From positions 23,684,001 through 23,748,000 of the forward strand of contig OX597823.1 of NCBI GenBank assembly GCA_951406725.2: 64,000 bases of DNA. Direction: 5' to 3'. Origin of the DNA: Octopus vulgaris (Eukaryota). Each line of letters opens with the position of its first letter. Within the stretch, counting starts at the first letter, position 1. The notes under the pieces were generated by a model. That model searched no databases and had not been told where the DNA came from. It saw only the letters and a program-made list of their open reading frames with translations. The position numbers were made by a program, and so were the translations under genes. Shown piece by piece: positions 1 to 12,800 of this stretch.

Positions 1-33
<33 letters not shown>

Positions 34-34
<1 letters not shown>

Positions 35-1170
35 TATGTTTGACTTTTGCTTTATATTTGTACAAGTTGGCTCCAAGTCTCACCCAGAGACCTCAAGAGA
101 CAACAGGTTGGAAGTTCATGTTGTTGTTATGCCTAGTGTGCCATATATTTGGGGGGGAGTTTTTTGTGTTGTACTAATGAATGTCTAAAAAAAAATTTTT
201 TTTAAAAACCGAAAATTATGTTTGTTTTAAACCTTGAGATTACATAGAAAGTATTTTGCGTAGGATATGAGCAGTTCCCATGAGCACTATCTTTTGAATT
301 TCTGCCATTTTTGGGTTTCCTGATATCTGAGTTAGGTAGCTATCAGCCCCTTTTGCTATCATTCCCAGGGCACCTATGACAACAGGTATTGTTTTAGTCT
401 TCAGCTTCCACATTTTGCTGATTTCTATTTCAAGATCTTTATATTTGCTCAGTTTTTGGTAGGTTTTGACAGATACGTTTATATCGATTGGGACAGTCAT
501 ATCAATGAGGAGGCATGTTCTTTGTTTGAAGTCTTTCAATATGATGTCTGGCCTATTTGCATCTATCTTTCTGTCAGTTTGAATGGTGAAGTTCCAGAGG
601 AGTGAGATGTGGTCATTTTCAAGCACTGGGGGTGGTTTGTGTTCCCACCAGTTTTTTTCATGGGGCAAATCCAGGTTTTTGCAGATTACCCAGTGAATAT
701 ATTGTGCAGCTCTATCATGTCTGTTGAGATACTCTGTAGGCGCTAGAAGACTGCATTTGGAGACAACATGATCAATGGTTTCATTTTGTTGCTGGCATAC
801 ACGACATGTTGGACTGCTTCTGATCTTTAATATGTTGGCCTGGTAGTTTCTTGTTGGTAGGCATTGATCTTGAGCTGCTATGATAAACCCCTCTATTTCA
901 GATTTTAAGCCAGAGTCCATTAGCCATTGATGGGTCAGGGCTTTGTCAACATCTGCATTATTTGCTCTCTTTGGGTATTTGCCATAGAGAGGTTTTTCTT
1001 GCCATTTATCATTCAGAATATCTAAGGCCGCAGATTTAGCACGGGTTTTCATGCGCTTAGCTTTTCCTTGCCTGTTTCTTGTATGTCTATCTCTAATTCC
1101 GAAATTTGTTGTATTCGGAATTCACTTAGATATTCCTTTGCCTGTTTTGTTACTGAGTATGATGCTTTCT
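34..1170 (-). mobile_element. 5'-truncated non-LTR retrotransposon with restriction-like endonuclease (Dong/R4-like), inserted in (TAA)n
   Basis: ORF 240-1052 has a CCHC knuckle (CRVC..ETIDHVVSKC), RHD, RPDII..ID and K..KY RLE motifs. The 3' UTR runs into the TAA repeat at 1-33, and another TAA tract lies at 1235-1302. Confidence 0.85.
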
Positions 1171-1195
1171 TGTTTTTTTATTATTTTTTATTATT

Positions 1196-1206
1196 TTCTT
1201 CTTCTT

Positions 1207-1302
<96 letters not shown>
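1196..1302. repeat. Compound microsatellite (CTT)n(ATT)n; further (ATT)n at 1-33 and 2025-2097
   Basis: Read directly from the sequence. Confidence 0.95.
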
Positions 1303-1303
<1 letters not shown>

Positions 1304-2010
1304 CTTCTGTCTTCAAATTTTCTTCCATTTCTCGTCGAGTGTTTTCCGTACACCTAGGGCAGAGAAGCTCGTTGTATGCATTCCCAGATTAAACATGCAA
1401 ATTCACAGGTAAAATATGTATTTAAAAAATTTATGAATAAATAAATTCATGAATGGATATTGTTTTCACAGCGATAATGCTCTTCTCAGTTCATGAGGCA
1501 TTCCAGTCAACATGATTTTTTGCACTTCCTGTAGGGATGGTAAGCCTGGTATCATTTTCAAATAGGTTTCAGTACCTTTTTTTTATCATTCCTAGAGATC
1601 CCACAATCACTGGTACTGTAGTCGCCCTGAAAAGCCACATTTTTTCAATTTCCTTTAGCAAGTCCTTATATTTACTAATCTTGTCAAATTCTTTCGCCGC
1701 TATATTGTGATTGCTAGGAATACTCATGTCAATTAACAAACACATCTTTTTTGTCTGATCTTTTATGATAATATCGGTTTATTAGCTTTTATAGTTCTGT
1801 CGGTATGTACAGGGAAGTCCCACAGAATCAACACATTTTCTCCCTCAGTCACAGCTTCAGGATGGTGTTTATACCATTTGACAGTGGTTTTGATTTTATA
1901 ATGCCGACATATTGTCCAGTGTAAATACTGGCTGACTCTGTCATGTCTTGCTTTATATTCTGCAGGTGCCAGACTCTACACCCTGAGATTAGGTAGTCTA
2001 TTGTTTCAAT
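1303..2010 (-). mobile_element. Second, degenerate Dong/R4-like RLE LINE 3' end between two (TAA)n tracts
   Basis: Minus-strand frames give ETIDYLISGC, RHDRVSQYLHW, LWDFPVHTDRTIKANKPDII and KISKYKDL, with frameshifts. Confidence 0.75.
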
Positions 2011-2023
2011 CTCATCATCATCA

Positions 2024-2099
<76 letters not shown>

Positions 2100-2320
2100 G
2101 ACTGTGAGCTGGCAGAATCATTAGCTTGCCAGGCAAAATGCTTGGCAACATTTTGTCTATCCTTATGTTCTGTGTTCAAATTCTGCTCAGGTTGACTTTG
2201 CCTTTCATTCTTTCAGGGTCAATAAATGAAATAGCAGTCAAGTACTGGGGTCAGAGTGATCGACTATCCTCCTCCCTATAAATTCCAGGCATTGTGCCTA
2301 TAGTAGAAAGGATTATTATT
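2100..2320 (+). mobile_element. tRNA-derived SINE
   Basis: A-box-like TGGCAGAATCATT, B-box GTTCAAAT, central gttgactttgcctttcattctttcagggtc and an (ATT) tail. Same family at 33925-34151 (-), with remnants elsewhere. Confidence 0.75.
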
Positions 2321-2967
2321 ATTAATCATCATGAGTCATCATCATCATCATCATCATCATTATTTCATAGATATTTTTAAAATATTAGATAATTATGCAG
2401 ATGTACAAGTAATCAAAATTTTGAATAAAATATGAGAAAGCTATCTTGTGCTTTGTTGTGAACAGGGTCAAACAAATCCATCCATAAAATAGTTTTTCCA
2501 GCATAAAACTCCCTTCCCAGAAGTAATGTGAATTTTCGCACATCATGGGATCTTCTTTGAACTTTGCCTCAGAGCTTAGGTTGTAGAATATCCATACATA
2601 CATTCTTCTTCTCAGGGTGTGTTTTTAACATTGAATAGCCATAACAACACTTGATACATTGGTTGGCCACTTGTTTAAGGGAGTGTTGACCCTACAAAAT
2701 TACAACATTAGAAGAGAGACATATTGTAGAAGTACAAGTGTTGTCAGGAGCCTAAATATTGAGACATGGTTTCAAATAAGTCTGAAGATGTTCTACAACT
2801 CATATGCATTCTGATTAGTGTGTCATTTTGTGAATCAATTATTTGTTGATAATAAATTGTCCATTTACAAAATTATACCCTGTTTGCTTTACAATATTTA
2901 TTGTGTGTGTGTTTGTGTGGGTGGATGAGTATAAACTGTATTTCTTGGTTTCTATTTCTTTCCCCAG

Positions 2968-3198
2968 CTGACACCCCTTTGAAGCTTAAGAAAGTTAGCG
3001 TACCACAGAAGGATACTTTACAACAGCTTAAACAGAAGACCTTAACTGAGTGTAATGAAGCTTGTCAACAATATGAAGGATGTAATTCTTATGAGTACAA
3101 TGAGAAGGATAAACTGTGTGGTCTAAGCAATGTGACACAATTGACTAGTGAACTTAAACCCAACATTGGAAATTGGGATGTTTATCTCACTAGCCCAG
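2968..3198 (+). CDS. Exon A1: PAN/Apple domain type A (231 nt)
   Basis: Acceptor tttccccag|CT, donor CCAG|gtcagt. [14 protein letters not shown]...[28 protein letters not shown] has the C-x3-C-x5-C-x11-C PAN core. Confidence 0.92.
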
Positions 3199-4624
3199 GT
3201 CAGTAGAGTATTTCTATTTTATTTATGTGTTCTTATGTCTGTGTGTATTTACATATATCTGCATCTGTGGGAATATTATATATATATATATATACATACA
3301 TACACATGTGGTCTGATCAATAAGTATCTGGACTGTTCCCATAGTAACAAAGCTAAAGCATGCAGAGTAAAGCCATTTGTCAAAAATTGACCGTGATATC
3401 AGTTATGTATGTGCACTAAGTTTTAACATTCTAATTCACTTCTACTGTTACAACAGTGCTTGGAAGGATGGCATGTAGCATGTGTTTGTTGCATTGACCA
3501 TGACATAGAAAGTTATCATGGCGATACCTATTTAGAGGCCTGCAGAAAGTTGCATAACATGTATGGAGAGGAGTGTATGAGTGATTCAGATGTTTCCAAG
3601 ATGGCCAAAAAATGTCAATATTGATGAACGTTCTGAGAGACACACAACCGGTAGAACTGAGAAAAACATTGCAGATGTGCATGTAGCTGTGAGGGGAAAT
3701 CATTGCATCACCATCTGTGAGTTATTAAAAGACATGCAGATTAATTATAGTTCAGTTCAGTCTATTATCACTGAAGATTTGGGTATGAGACGTGTGTCTG
3801 CTAAGTTTGTGCCAAAACTGCTTTCAGCCAGCCAGAAAGACATTTGGGTTTCAGTTGCACAAGATCTTGATTGTGTTGAGAACGAGGAAAACTTTTTGAA
3901 CATTTTGTGTAGGTCTCTGGGCAGGCATTGCCAGGCCTTTGGAAAAATTTGATGCAAATTCTCTGCTTAACTTTTTCTGTCATGGTCAATGCGAGTTCAC
4001 ACACTACACACCTTCCTTTCAAGCACTACTGTAAACAGAAGTGAGTTAGAATGCTAAAACTTAGTGCGCATGCACAACAGAGTTCATGGTCAATCTGTGC
4101 CAACTGGCTTTACTCTTCTTGCTTTAGCTTCGTTACTATGGCAACAGTCCAGATACTTTATTGATCAGGCCACGTATATATTTATTGTCAGCAGTTCATA
4201 TATCTGAAAAAGAAGCACACTATATATTGGTAGAGCAGTAATGAATACTTTTTTTAGGAAGTTAAAAGTAATGCCCGATCATAGGCTGATCATTAGTTTC
4301 GCACCTATAAAGTGCTTAACAGTATAGGCAACTTGTTACATTCAAATTGCAGAAGGCATGTGTTCAGCCACTTGAGGTCATGCACCTTCAGACATTTGAG
4401 TCTGAGGAATTGCCTATACTGCTAGGTACTTTATAGGTGCGAAGTCAATGGTCACTCTATGACCAGCTATAACATAACTTCCTAAAAAATTATTTTTCAA
4501 TTACCAAGGCCTATTCCCCATAGGAGGAGGTAGCCACAAGACATTCACCAGACATTCCATTTATTTCCCAGCTCAAAAGAGGTGAGCCCCATCCTATGCT
4601 CGGGTCAAGGCATAGAAAAGCAAC

Positions 4625-4655
<31 letters not shown>

Positions 4656-5001
4656 CCTAAAATATATATTTAGGTTGTAAAATTGTGAATTAGCCATCCA
4701 TATTATATATGTGTATATATATGTGAGTATATCACTGGTGGTGGTGTAACACACCATACTAATCATATTTGTTGGGCATGTGGAAGAGAGTGTAATTCGG
4801 CAGGGGGACTTAAACGACATGCAAAGGTACATGAAGCCCAGTTACAACTACAGCCGGCTATTACCGGTAAAGGTTTGAATTGCCAATTCTGTACAAGACA
4901 TTGTAGATCTTTAGCTGGGCTAAAAAGTCACATTCGATCACAGCACCAATAACAGTTAAGCTTCGTGCAATGGCCATACTCAATAACGAGGGGCAGCCAT
5001 C

Positions 5002-5036
<35 letters not shown>

Positions 5037-5064
5037 TATATATATACACACACATATATATACA

Positions 5065-5140
<76 letters not shown>

Positions 5141-6731
5141 AACATATATATTTCATTTTTGGATTTGGCTTGCAAGATTCTTTATATGAGTTCATGTGTT
5201 GAAGCATATTCTCTTGTCTGGGGAGAGTCATTTTCCTTTTGTGCCTTATGATTTAACACACTCGCTGGTAAAATTTGCACTTATTTCTTATTTTTATTTT
5301 CCTAAAATTTTTGTTGCGTCTTGCAACCTTTTCAATAGTCTTGACACTGTTTGTTATTTACACTGCATTCCTTTTTGTTTGTTTGTGCGCATATGTGTGG
5401 TTCAGTGTGTGTGTGTGTGTGTGTGTGTGCCTATGCATGCATGTACATATGTATGTATGTGTGTATGTATGTATGCTAGTGTGTGTAAGTATATATGTGT
5501 GTGTATGCATATGTTTATATGTATGTGTGTGTGCATCTGTATGTATGTATTCTGCATATTCATGTTCTTGCATGTCCGTGTTTGTGTATTTTCTGTGCAT
5601 GTTTGTGTGTGAGCATGTGTTTGTATATGTATGCACCTCTGTCTCCTTGTGTGTGCATGTCTGTGTGTGTGTGTGTGTGTTTTGCAACTATGTACCGTGT
5701 TTGTGTGTATGGATGTGGATCTCTATATGTGTGGATCTGTGTTTTCATATGTGTCCTTGTGTGTGTATATATGGTTATGTGTTTCAGACTCCATTTGCGT
5801 ATGTGTGCTTGTCTATTCTTATAATCTATGTACCTATCCATCTGTATGTTGAACTGTTTATTTTCATATCCATATACTTACATACAAAACAAAAAATGCG
5901 CATACACACCCACTCACACCCACACACACATACATACGTCTATCTACATAACAGTCCACTAACTATTCTACTCTACTGTGACTGTAATGAAATTCATAAG
6001 ATTGCTTGTGAGTTGAAGCACAGTCATTACATCTTGGAAGTATTTATTGTCGAAGCAAGTAAAACTATAGATTGAAAGAGAAAGTTCAAGTCATCTACCG
6101 TGTTAAATTGCATCATTTTTGTAACAGCTTCATAAAAGCCCTGATATTATTCATCTCATAGAGTGGACTGATTATTTTCAGCATACTTCAAATTACTGTT
6201 CTCTATTTTAATATGAGCATCTGCAGTGTATTGTAGCATGAGTTGCCTATGTTTCATTTCAGTGTTAAAGCTGCATTCTCACCCTTGAAAACAGTAACTC
6301 TAGAAGTCAGTGGCAGAAAGCATATAATTATCTGCTCTTATCTGAAATACATCTTCCCCTCAAGGAAATAACACATAATACGAAGGACCATATAAGCAGT
6401 GCACCTGATGAGTCCTTTATAGGCAACCATCGTCTCTATGGCTATCAGCTTATTTCTGATTCTACTGGACAAATGAAATAAACTAGTATTTTCATGTGTT
6501 ATGCAATCATCATGCTATTTAGTGACAGTCGTGTTCCACAGCTGACACAGTTATCAGTTGCGGAACGCGACTGTCACTACATATACCCGATGAATGTGTA
6601 ATACATGGAAATACTAATTTATTTCAATATTGCAGACTTGCAAAAATTGCGAGTAACAAAACATGAAAATCAGACTCAGTAGGAATTTCATTGATCAATA
6701 TATTCTTCTGTACACAGTTATACAAATTTGG

Positions 6732-6804
<73 letters not shown>

Positions 6805-9800
6805 TGCATGTATATATCAGAGTGTTTATACATAGTGTGTGAAAATTCCTTCAAACTTTTCTTCAATGACATGCATTCTAAATTCAACACACAATCACAC
6901 ACACTACCACACACACACACATGCATAAGCTATTTTAAAACATGATATTTTTGAGTCATTACTATTTTAAAATTAACTTTGTCATTCATGTTTTAGAAAA
7001 TAATAATAGCAGACACTCAGTTTACTCAAGAAATTAAGGGGAGAAAACTGTAACTGTGGCTTTAAAAATTGAGCAAAGTGATTTAGAGATTGCTCAGTTT
7101 TTAAAAGTCGCCAGATCTTTTGTTTACAAAATTTGCAATGAGGTAGAAGCCTCAGATGGATTAGTATCACTAGTATTGAAGCAGGAAAAACATTCCCAAT
7201 CCTCTAATGCCATCAGAATATCTAATTTCATTCAACAAGTTAAACAAATCATTGAAAAAAATCCATGTGACCAATTGCAATACATCTCCATGTGCTAGGA
7301 GGGACAATCTGAAACGTTGTCCTTTAAGACATCCACTACGAGTCTTATATTATAAGGAGAAGTCAATTCATATCAGAAAAAACAAAAGAAACTTGTCTGA
7401 TCAATTCTAACAAAGTTAAAACCCAAAAGAACATAACATGATTTGATTTTTCTCAAACGAGTAAAACTTTGACTGGGACCAGAAAATTAACTGAAAAAAT
7501 GACAGATGGTTATTTTCAGAAATCTGAAGTTTCAACAGTCATGCACACAAATTTCCTGCAACTGTCATGGCTTTTGGCAATGTCAGAAATGAAGGATATG
7601 TGATACCTCCTCACTTCTTTCCACAAGGCTTTAGAATTAACTCTGCTGGTTACATTAAGGTTCTGGAAACAGTTGTCAAGCACTAGATAGACAGAGTACA
7701 CAATGAAAGACTGTACATGTTTCAGTAGGTTCTTTGCACCATCACATAATGCTCAAGAAATCCAGAATTGGATGACTGACAATTTTTGTAACTATGTAAT
7801 TCTTAAAATTTGGCCTCGAAACTCACCAGACCTCAATCCATTGGCCTACTATGTGTGGAGTATTGTTGAAAGAGGGGGCAATCAACATCCCTTTAAAACC
7901 AAGGATTCTTTGAAAGCCACTTATCAGAGTAATGTCTGATATTAACCAGCACCATGTGGACCGTTCAGGTTTTGCCAGAAAGCAGTTATTGATGCTGAAG
8001 GTGACTACATTGAATAAAATTATAAGGAAGATGAACTAGTTTATATGTACAAATTTTTCATCAGTAAAGTTGTTTTCTAGTATTCTGTGTATATGCACCC
8101 TATATACACAGATATGTGTGTGAGTGTATACATACATAAATACATATATATGCCTATTTCTGTCTGTGTACATGTTTCTTCAGTGTGTTTCAGTCAATAT
8201 CTTTATTCAAAATTTGTTATTATCTCCTCATCCTTACACTTCTCCTAACATATAATTACCATTGATACCATTTTCTCTGTATCATTTCCAGTGTTTTCCA
8301 AAGTGGACTGTGGACCACCAAAAGACATTACTGGTGCTTCAAAGTCCTATAAAACCACTACCTATAAATCTAAAGTAATCTACACTTGTCCAGAAGGAGA
8401 AAAATTAAAATCGATATGTGAAGACGACAATAAATGGACCCCAGTAGCATCTTCTTGTAAAGGTAATAAAAATAGGCTCTCACTTGTTGCTTGTGTCTAT
8501 GTAATTTTGTTTTGATTTTTGTGTTATGTATTTTTGTCAGAGGAAGAATTGCTGTGTCCATGACAATTTCCATTGTGATAGTGGTTGTTGGAAAAGAGAA
8601 AAGTTATCCTCAGAGCAAAGAGCACTTCAAATGCTTGCAACATTGCAACAGATTGGGCTTTGTGAGTGTTACCCAAGGGCCAGATAATGCAATTAAATTG
8701 GGAGATGATTCATGTGTGCCAAACAAGCACAAGAACTGTGGAATCTTGTACCTTCCTGAAATTTCTATGGAGTTGCTATCAACCAAATTTCATGCACACG
8801 GCTCAGATGTGAAGCAAATTCTTAAGCATGCAGACAGAACTCAACCCAATATCCCATTGTTGTTAAGCAAAACTATTATGTCCACAGTTATACCTCACTT
8901 CATCTTGACATTTTTTCTCTAATTTCTCACTTGACCTTTCCCATCCATACTTTGTGTCATCATCTAGAATTCTGTATACAGTAATCCCTTGCCATATTGC
9001 AGTACACCTATTGTGATTCACCTATTGCAGTTCACCTATCATGGTTTATAATTTAAGCTTATGTCAATTCCTCTGTGGTGTTGTTTTGTATTTATAATAA
9101 AACAAATATATACAAATTATAAAGTAATAAAAAAGAATATGCAATATAGTACTGTTTTTACTTCACAGATTTTCACCTATCTCAGGGGGTTTAGGAATGT
9201 AACATCCACGATAGTTGAGGGACTACTGTAATACAATGCACTGAGTTATTCTTTAATATAATTCAGAATTCAGGATGCTGTACATTTCAGATGAGATAGA
9301 AAAGGACCAAGAAATCTGATGCTTTGCTGCACTCAAGAAAATGTATCAACCATAACAGATGTTTTAAAAATGCAAATGAAAAATAAACTGAAGTTAGAAG
9401 TCCCTGTCTTCTGACCTTTGAACCTCATCCACTGCACAACCTCTATCACTACAGCTACCAGACAGAGGAAATTTGGCTTCTTTACTTAGTTAAAGGAGGG
9501 TGTGGGGCAATCATCATGATGGACGGATTTGTCACACACACAACAGTCACAGTTTGACATATCTTTACAAATCAGCAATGCATGGACAATGAACATGTGC
9601 ATGTAAAATGGTTTTGATGCACTGTGCACATCTTGGACAACACTGATGGCACTTCCATGACTGTAGATTTTACCTTGAACCAATTGACTTCCAAGAACTC
9701 CAGAAAGTTGTCCATCTTAGTCCCTGATCATAATCCTTGACCAAAAAGATCTTTGAAACAAACTTGGCAATTCATTTTCTTCAATGCACTGAGCATCCTT

Positions 9801-12800
9801 GAGAATGGTACTACTCATTTTCTTCAGTTCACTGAGAATTCCTGAGTATTTTGGTACACTAGCTTATAACAGATTGCTAGAGTGGAACACCCACTAATTC
9901 TATTGCCGATGTCAGGTTTCATTCTGTGTACTTTATTGTTTGTAATCCTTAGGATTACATTAGATAATATGGCCATCCTTTTTTATGATAGTTGGATGGA
10001 ATTGGGGGAAATTTTGTTGATAATTCTAACATGTTGGGTGCTTATATTACAAGGTCCTCCTCAGTGGCTGGCCACAGTAAATATTGAGCTTTAATATTCC
10101 AGGTTAACAGACCTGACACAACTCCTCCCTGCTCCTCATCCACACTATCGTCATCATCATCATAATCTTCATCATCACAATCATCAATCATCATCATCAT
10201 CATCACGTTTAATTATATTGCTACCTGGTCAAGGTGAATGTGGTGGACAACACTTAATCTGATGTTAATATGTCTATATATTGCAGTCAGACAATGTACC
10301 AACAGGTTGAATGGTGATTGGCAGTGATGAAATAGAGGAGGTAAAGGAATATGTCTACCTGGGACAGGAAGTGAATATGTGGCGAGATATTGAAAAGGAG
10401 ATCTCACGGAGAGTAAGGACCGGATGGAAGGCGTTTAATGGCATAAGTGATGTGCTCAAGGGAAGGTTGGACAGGACCACCCACACCAACCTCATCAACA
10501 GTACTGAATGCCCAATATTTGGTACTCCATGTGATCTTAGCAAGCAAGTTTTGCCAACTTACACGGATGTACTAAATGTGTTTTATTTCAGTGAGAAAAA
10601 GATAAGAATGTTGTTAAAGATCCTTCAATTATACAAATTGTCAAGATTGTAGCAGAAAAGATAATTCTTCTATGGCAAAAGACATCCATCCCTTGTGTCA
10701 TGACTGAGTTTGTTAAACCGAAAATTTAAAACTTTTATCTTAAGTACCAAGCATTACTAAAATCTGTGAAAAATAGGAAAAAATGTGCCATTGTTTCAAG
10801 CAAAGTGCAATGTGTTTGAAAACAATGCAACAAAAGATCTATTTAACATTTTCTTTAGCAAGTGCAATTCCTTTAACAACTGCAGTTCTATTAGAGACAA
10901 AAACGTACCACAGTGAGAACAAGATTTTTTATAGGATCAATGGACAAATAAAAAATGATCATTGGCGGAATAGATCAAACAGTATCTAAACAACATTCAG
11001 AAGTTGATCAGAAAGAATTAACCAGATCACACTCACCCTTCTACACCAACGAAGGATTCTGAATTGGTAGCATTTTCATCAAGCAGTGAATCTGGAAGTG
11101 GATCAGCAGGTGAAGACGAAGATTTTCCAATTCCATTTTCCATGAAACAAAAAGATGCCAGCAAAAATGTAAATTCAAAAACATCAATAAAATTAATGAA
11201 ATTCCCAGAACTAGCTTCTGCCTGTGACTGCACTGGTGTGTCAGACGGTGCTGAAGATCGGTCATCAGCAACTTAAATGCAGACTAAAAACATGCAACAG
11301 TTACTCTTCCTGGTTCATACATTTTTAGAGTTCTTAACATACTGTATTTTCCGGTCTATAAAACACATTGGGGGAATATTTTGGTCTTATCCACACATAG
11401 AGCACACCAGTGTTTAAAAGATCTATAGAGCTATGGGTCCACAGCTAGCTTTTTTGTTGCTGACCTGTATGTAGTTTCAAAATGCCTTAATTTAGAACTA
11501 TGAGATGTATTGTTATTGTTATATCTTACTAAAATCAACAACAAACACATTTTGTCAACATTAAAGTTTTTATTAGATTAAAAATAACTTTGTTTTCTTT
11601 TGGGTACCAATGTACTGTAGCCGTAGTCTTTCATGTTGTTCACCGACCAAACCTTTCTTTTGAAAAAATCAGTGGAATCATTCGATCTCCATACACAAAT
11701 CATTTTCCTCCTGAAACTTATAAAAAATGCACACATTAGGTGCACACTAAATTTCCCAGGTAAAAAATAGCGGCTTATACACTGAAAAATATGGTACACA
11801 TTGGTGGTTAACTGCTTAGGGGTAATTTTCCTAGGAGGTTGTTGCCCTTGGCGGGTTATTGTCTATGGTGGGTAAATGTCGTAGACTGGGATTACTTTCT
11901 GCATGGAAAACAAGTAGTAAAGTGGCTGCTTATTGACCCAAGATATTATGATTAATTAAAATTTTTACCCTCGGTAGTTGATAAAATCATTATGATTATG
12001 ACTTATTCTGGTCATGAGATTCAGAAAAGACAGCTCTGTAAAGTTTGAATTGTTTTGTTTATTTGCAATTCACTAAAAGTATACTTTTGCATAAATAAAA
12101 ATTTCTTAGCTTGTTACATTACATTTTTAGTTCCCATTTTCTCTATATTTACAAGGTGGTATCAAAAAGTTCCAACAGATGGCAGCACATGGTTGCCTGC
12201 ACTGTAAGACCTAGCAGCGATCTTCATGAGGCAGTGTTCTGAATGACATTGCTGTGTTTAATTTGTAAATTGTAAAATTTGAGTTTTGAGATCGTGTGTA
12301 TGCTGTAGCCTACAATTTAGTCATAGACAAGTAAAAATTTTGTTTTAAATTTGGGAAGTCTGCTACAGAGACATTGAGCATGTTTTGGCAAGCTTATGGT
12401 GATGAGGCAATGGGTCATATGTCTTGTTTTGGGTGGCACTAGTGCATTAAAAGCGAAAGAATATCCCTGGAAAATGATGAGCAATCTGGAAGACCCGCAG
12501 CAAACATCACCCCTGGGAATGTGATACTGTGGTTCAAGAATTCATTCCCCAGGGTCAGACAGTGAATTGAGAGTTCTACTGTGACATTTTGAAGCATTTG
12601 AGGGAGGACATTCAACAAAAGCAACTGGATCTGTGGAGCACAAAGAATTGGATTCTACACAACAACAACGCATCCTGTCACTGAGCTCTCCTCACTCATG
12701 AGTTTCTAACCAAAAACAGCACCCACCCTATTCACCAGATTTAGCACCTGCAAGCATCCATCTCCTCCCCAAGATGAAAATGCAGCATAAAGTTGCCATT

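Noticed and set aside
1051-1412. Poly-L/I, poly-S/Y and poly-N/K ORFs
   Set aside because: They are frames through the (CTT)n(ATT)n microsatellite.
2100-2200. tRNA gene
   Set aside because: Only A/B-box-like motifs in a SINE head; I could not fold a cloverleaf.
6400-6620. Hammerhead-like CTGATGAGTCC...GGAC...GAAA
   Set aside because: There are extra bases before GAAA and no consistent stems I and III. At most a very decayed relic.
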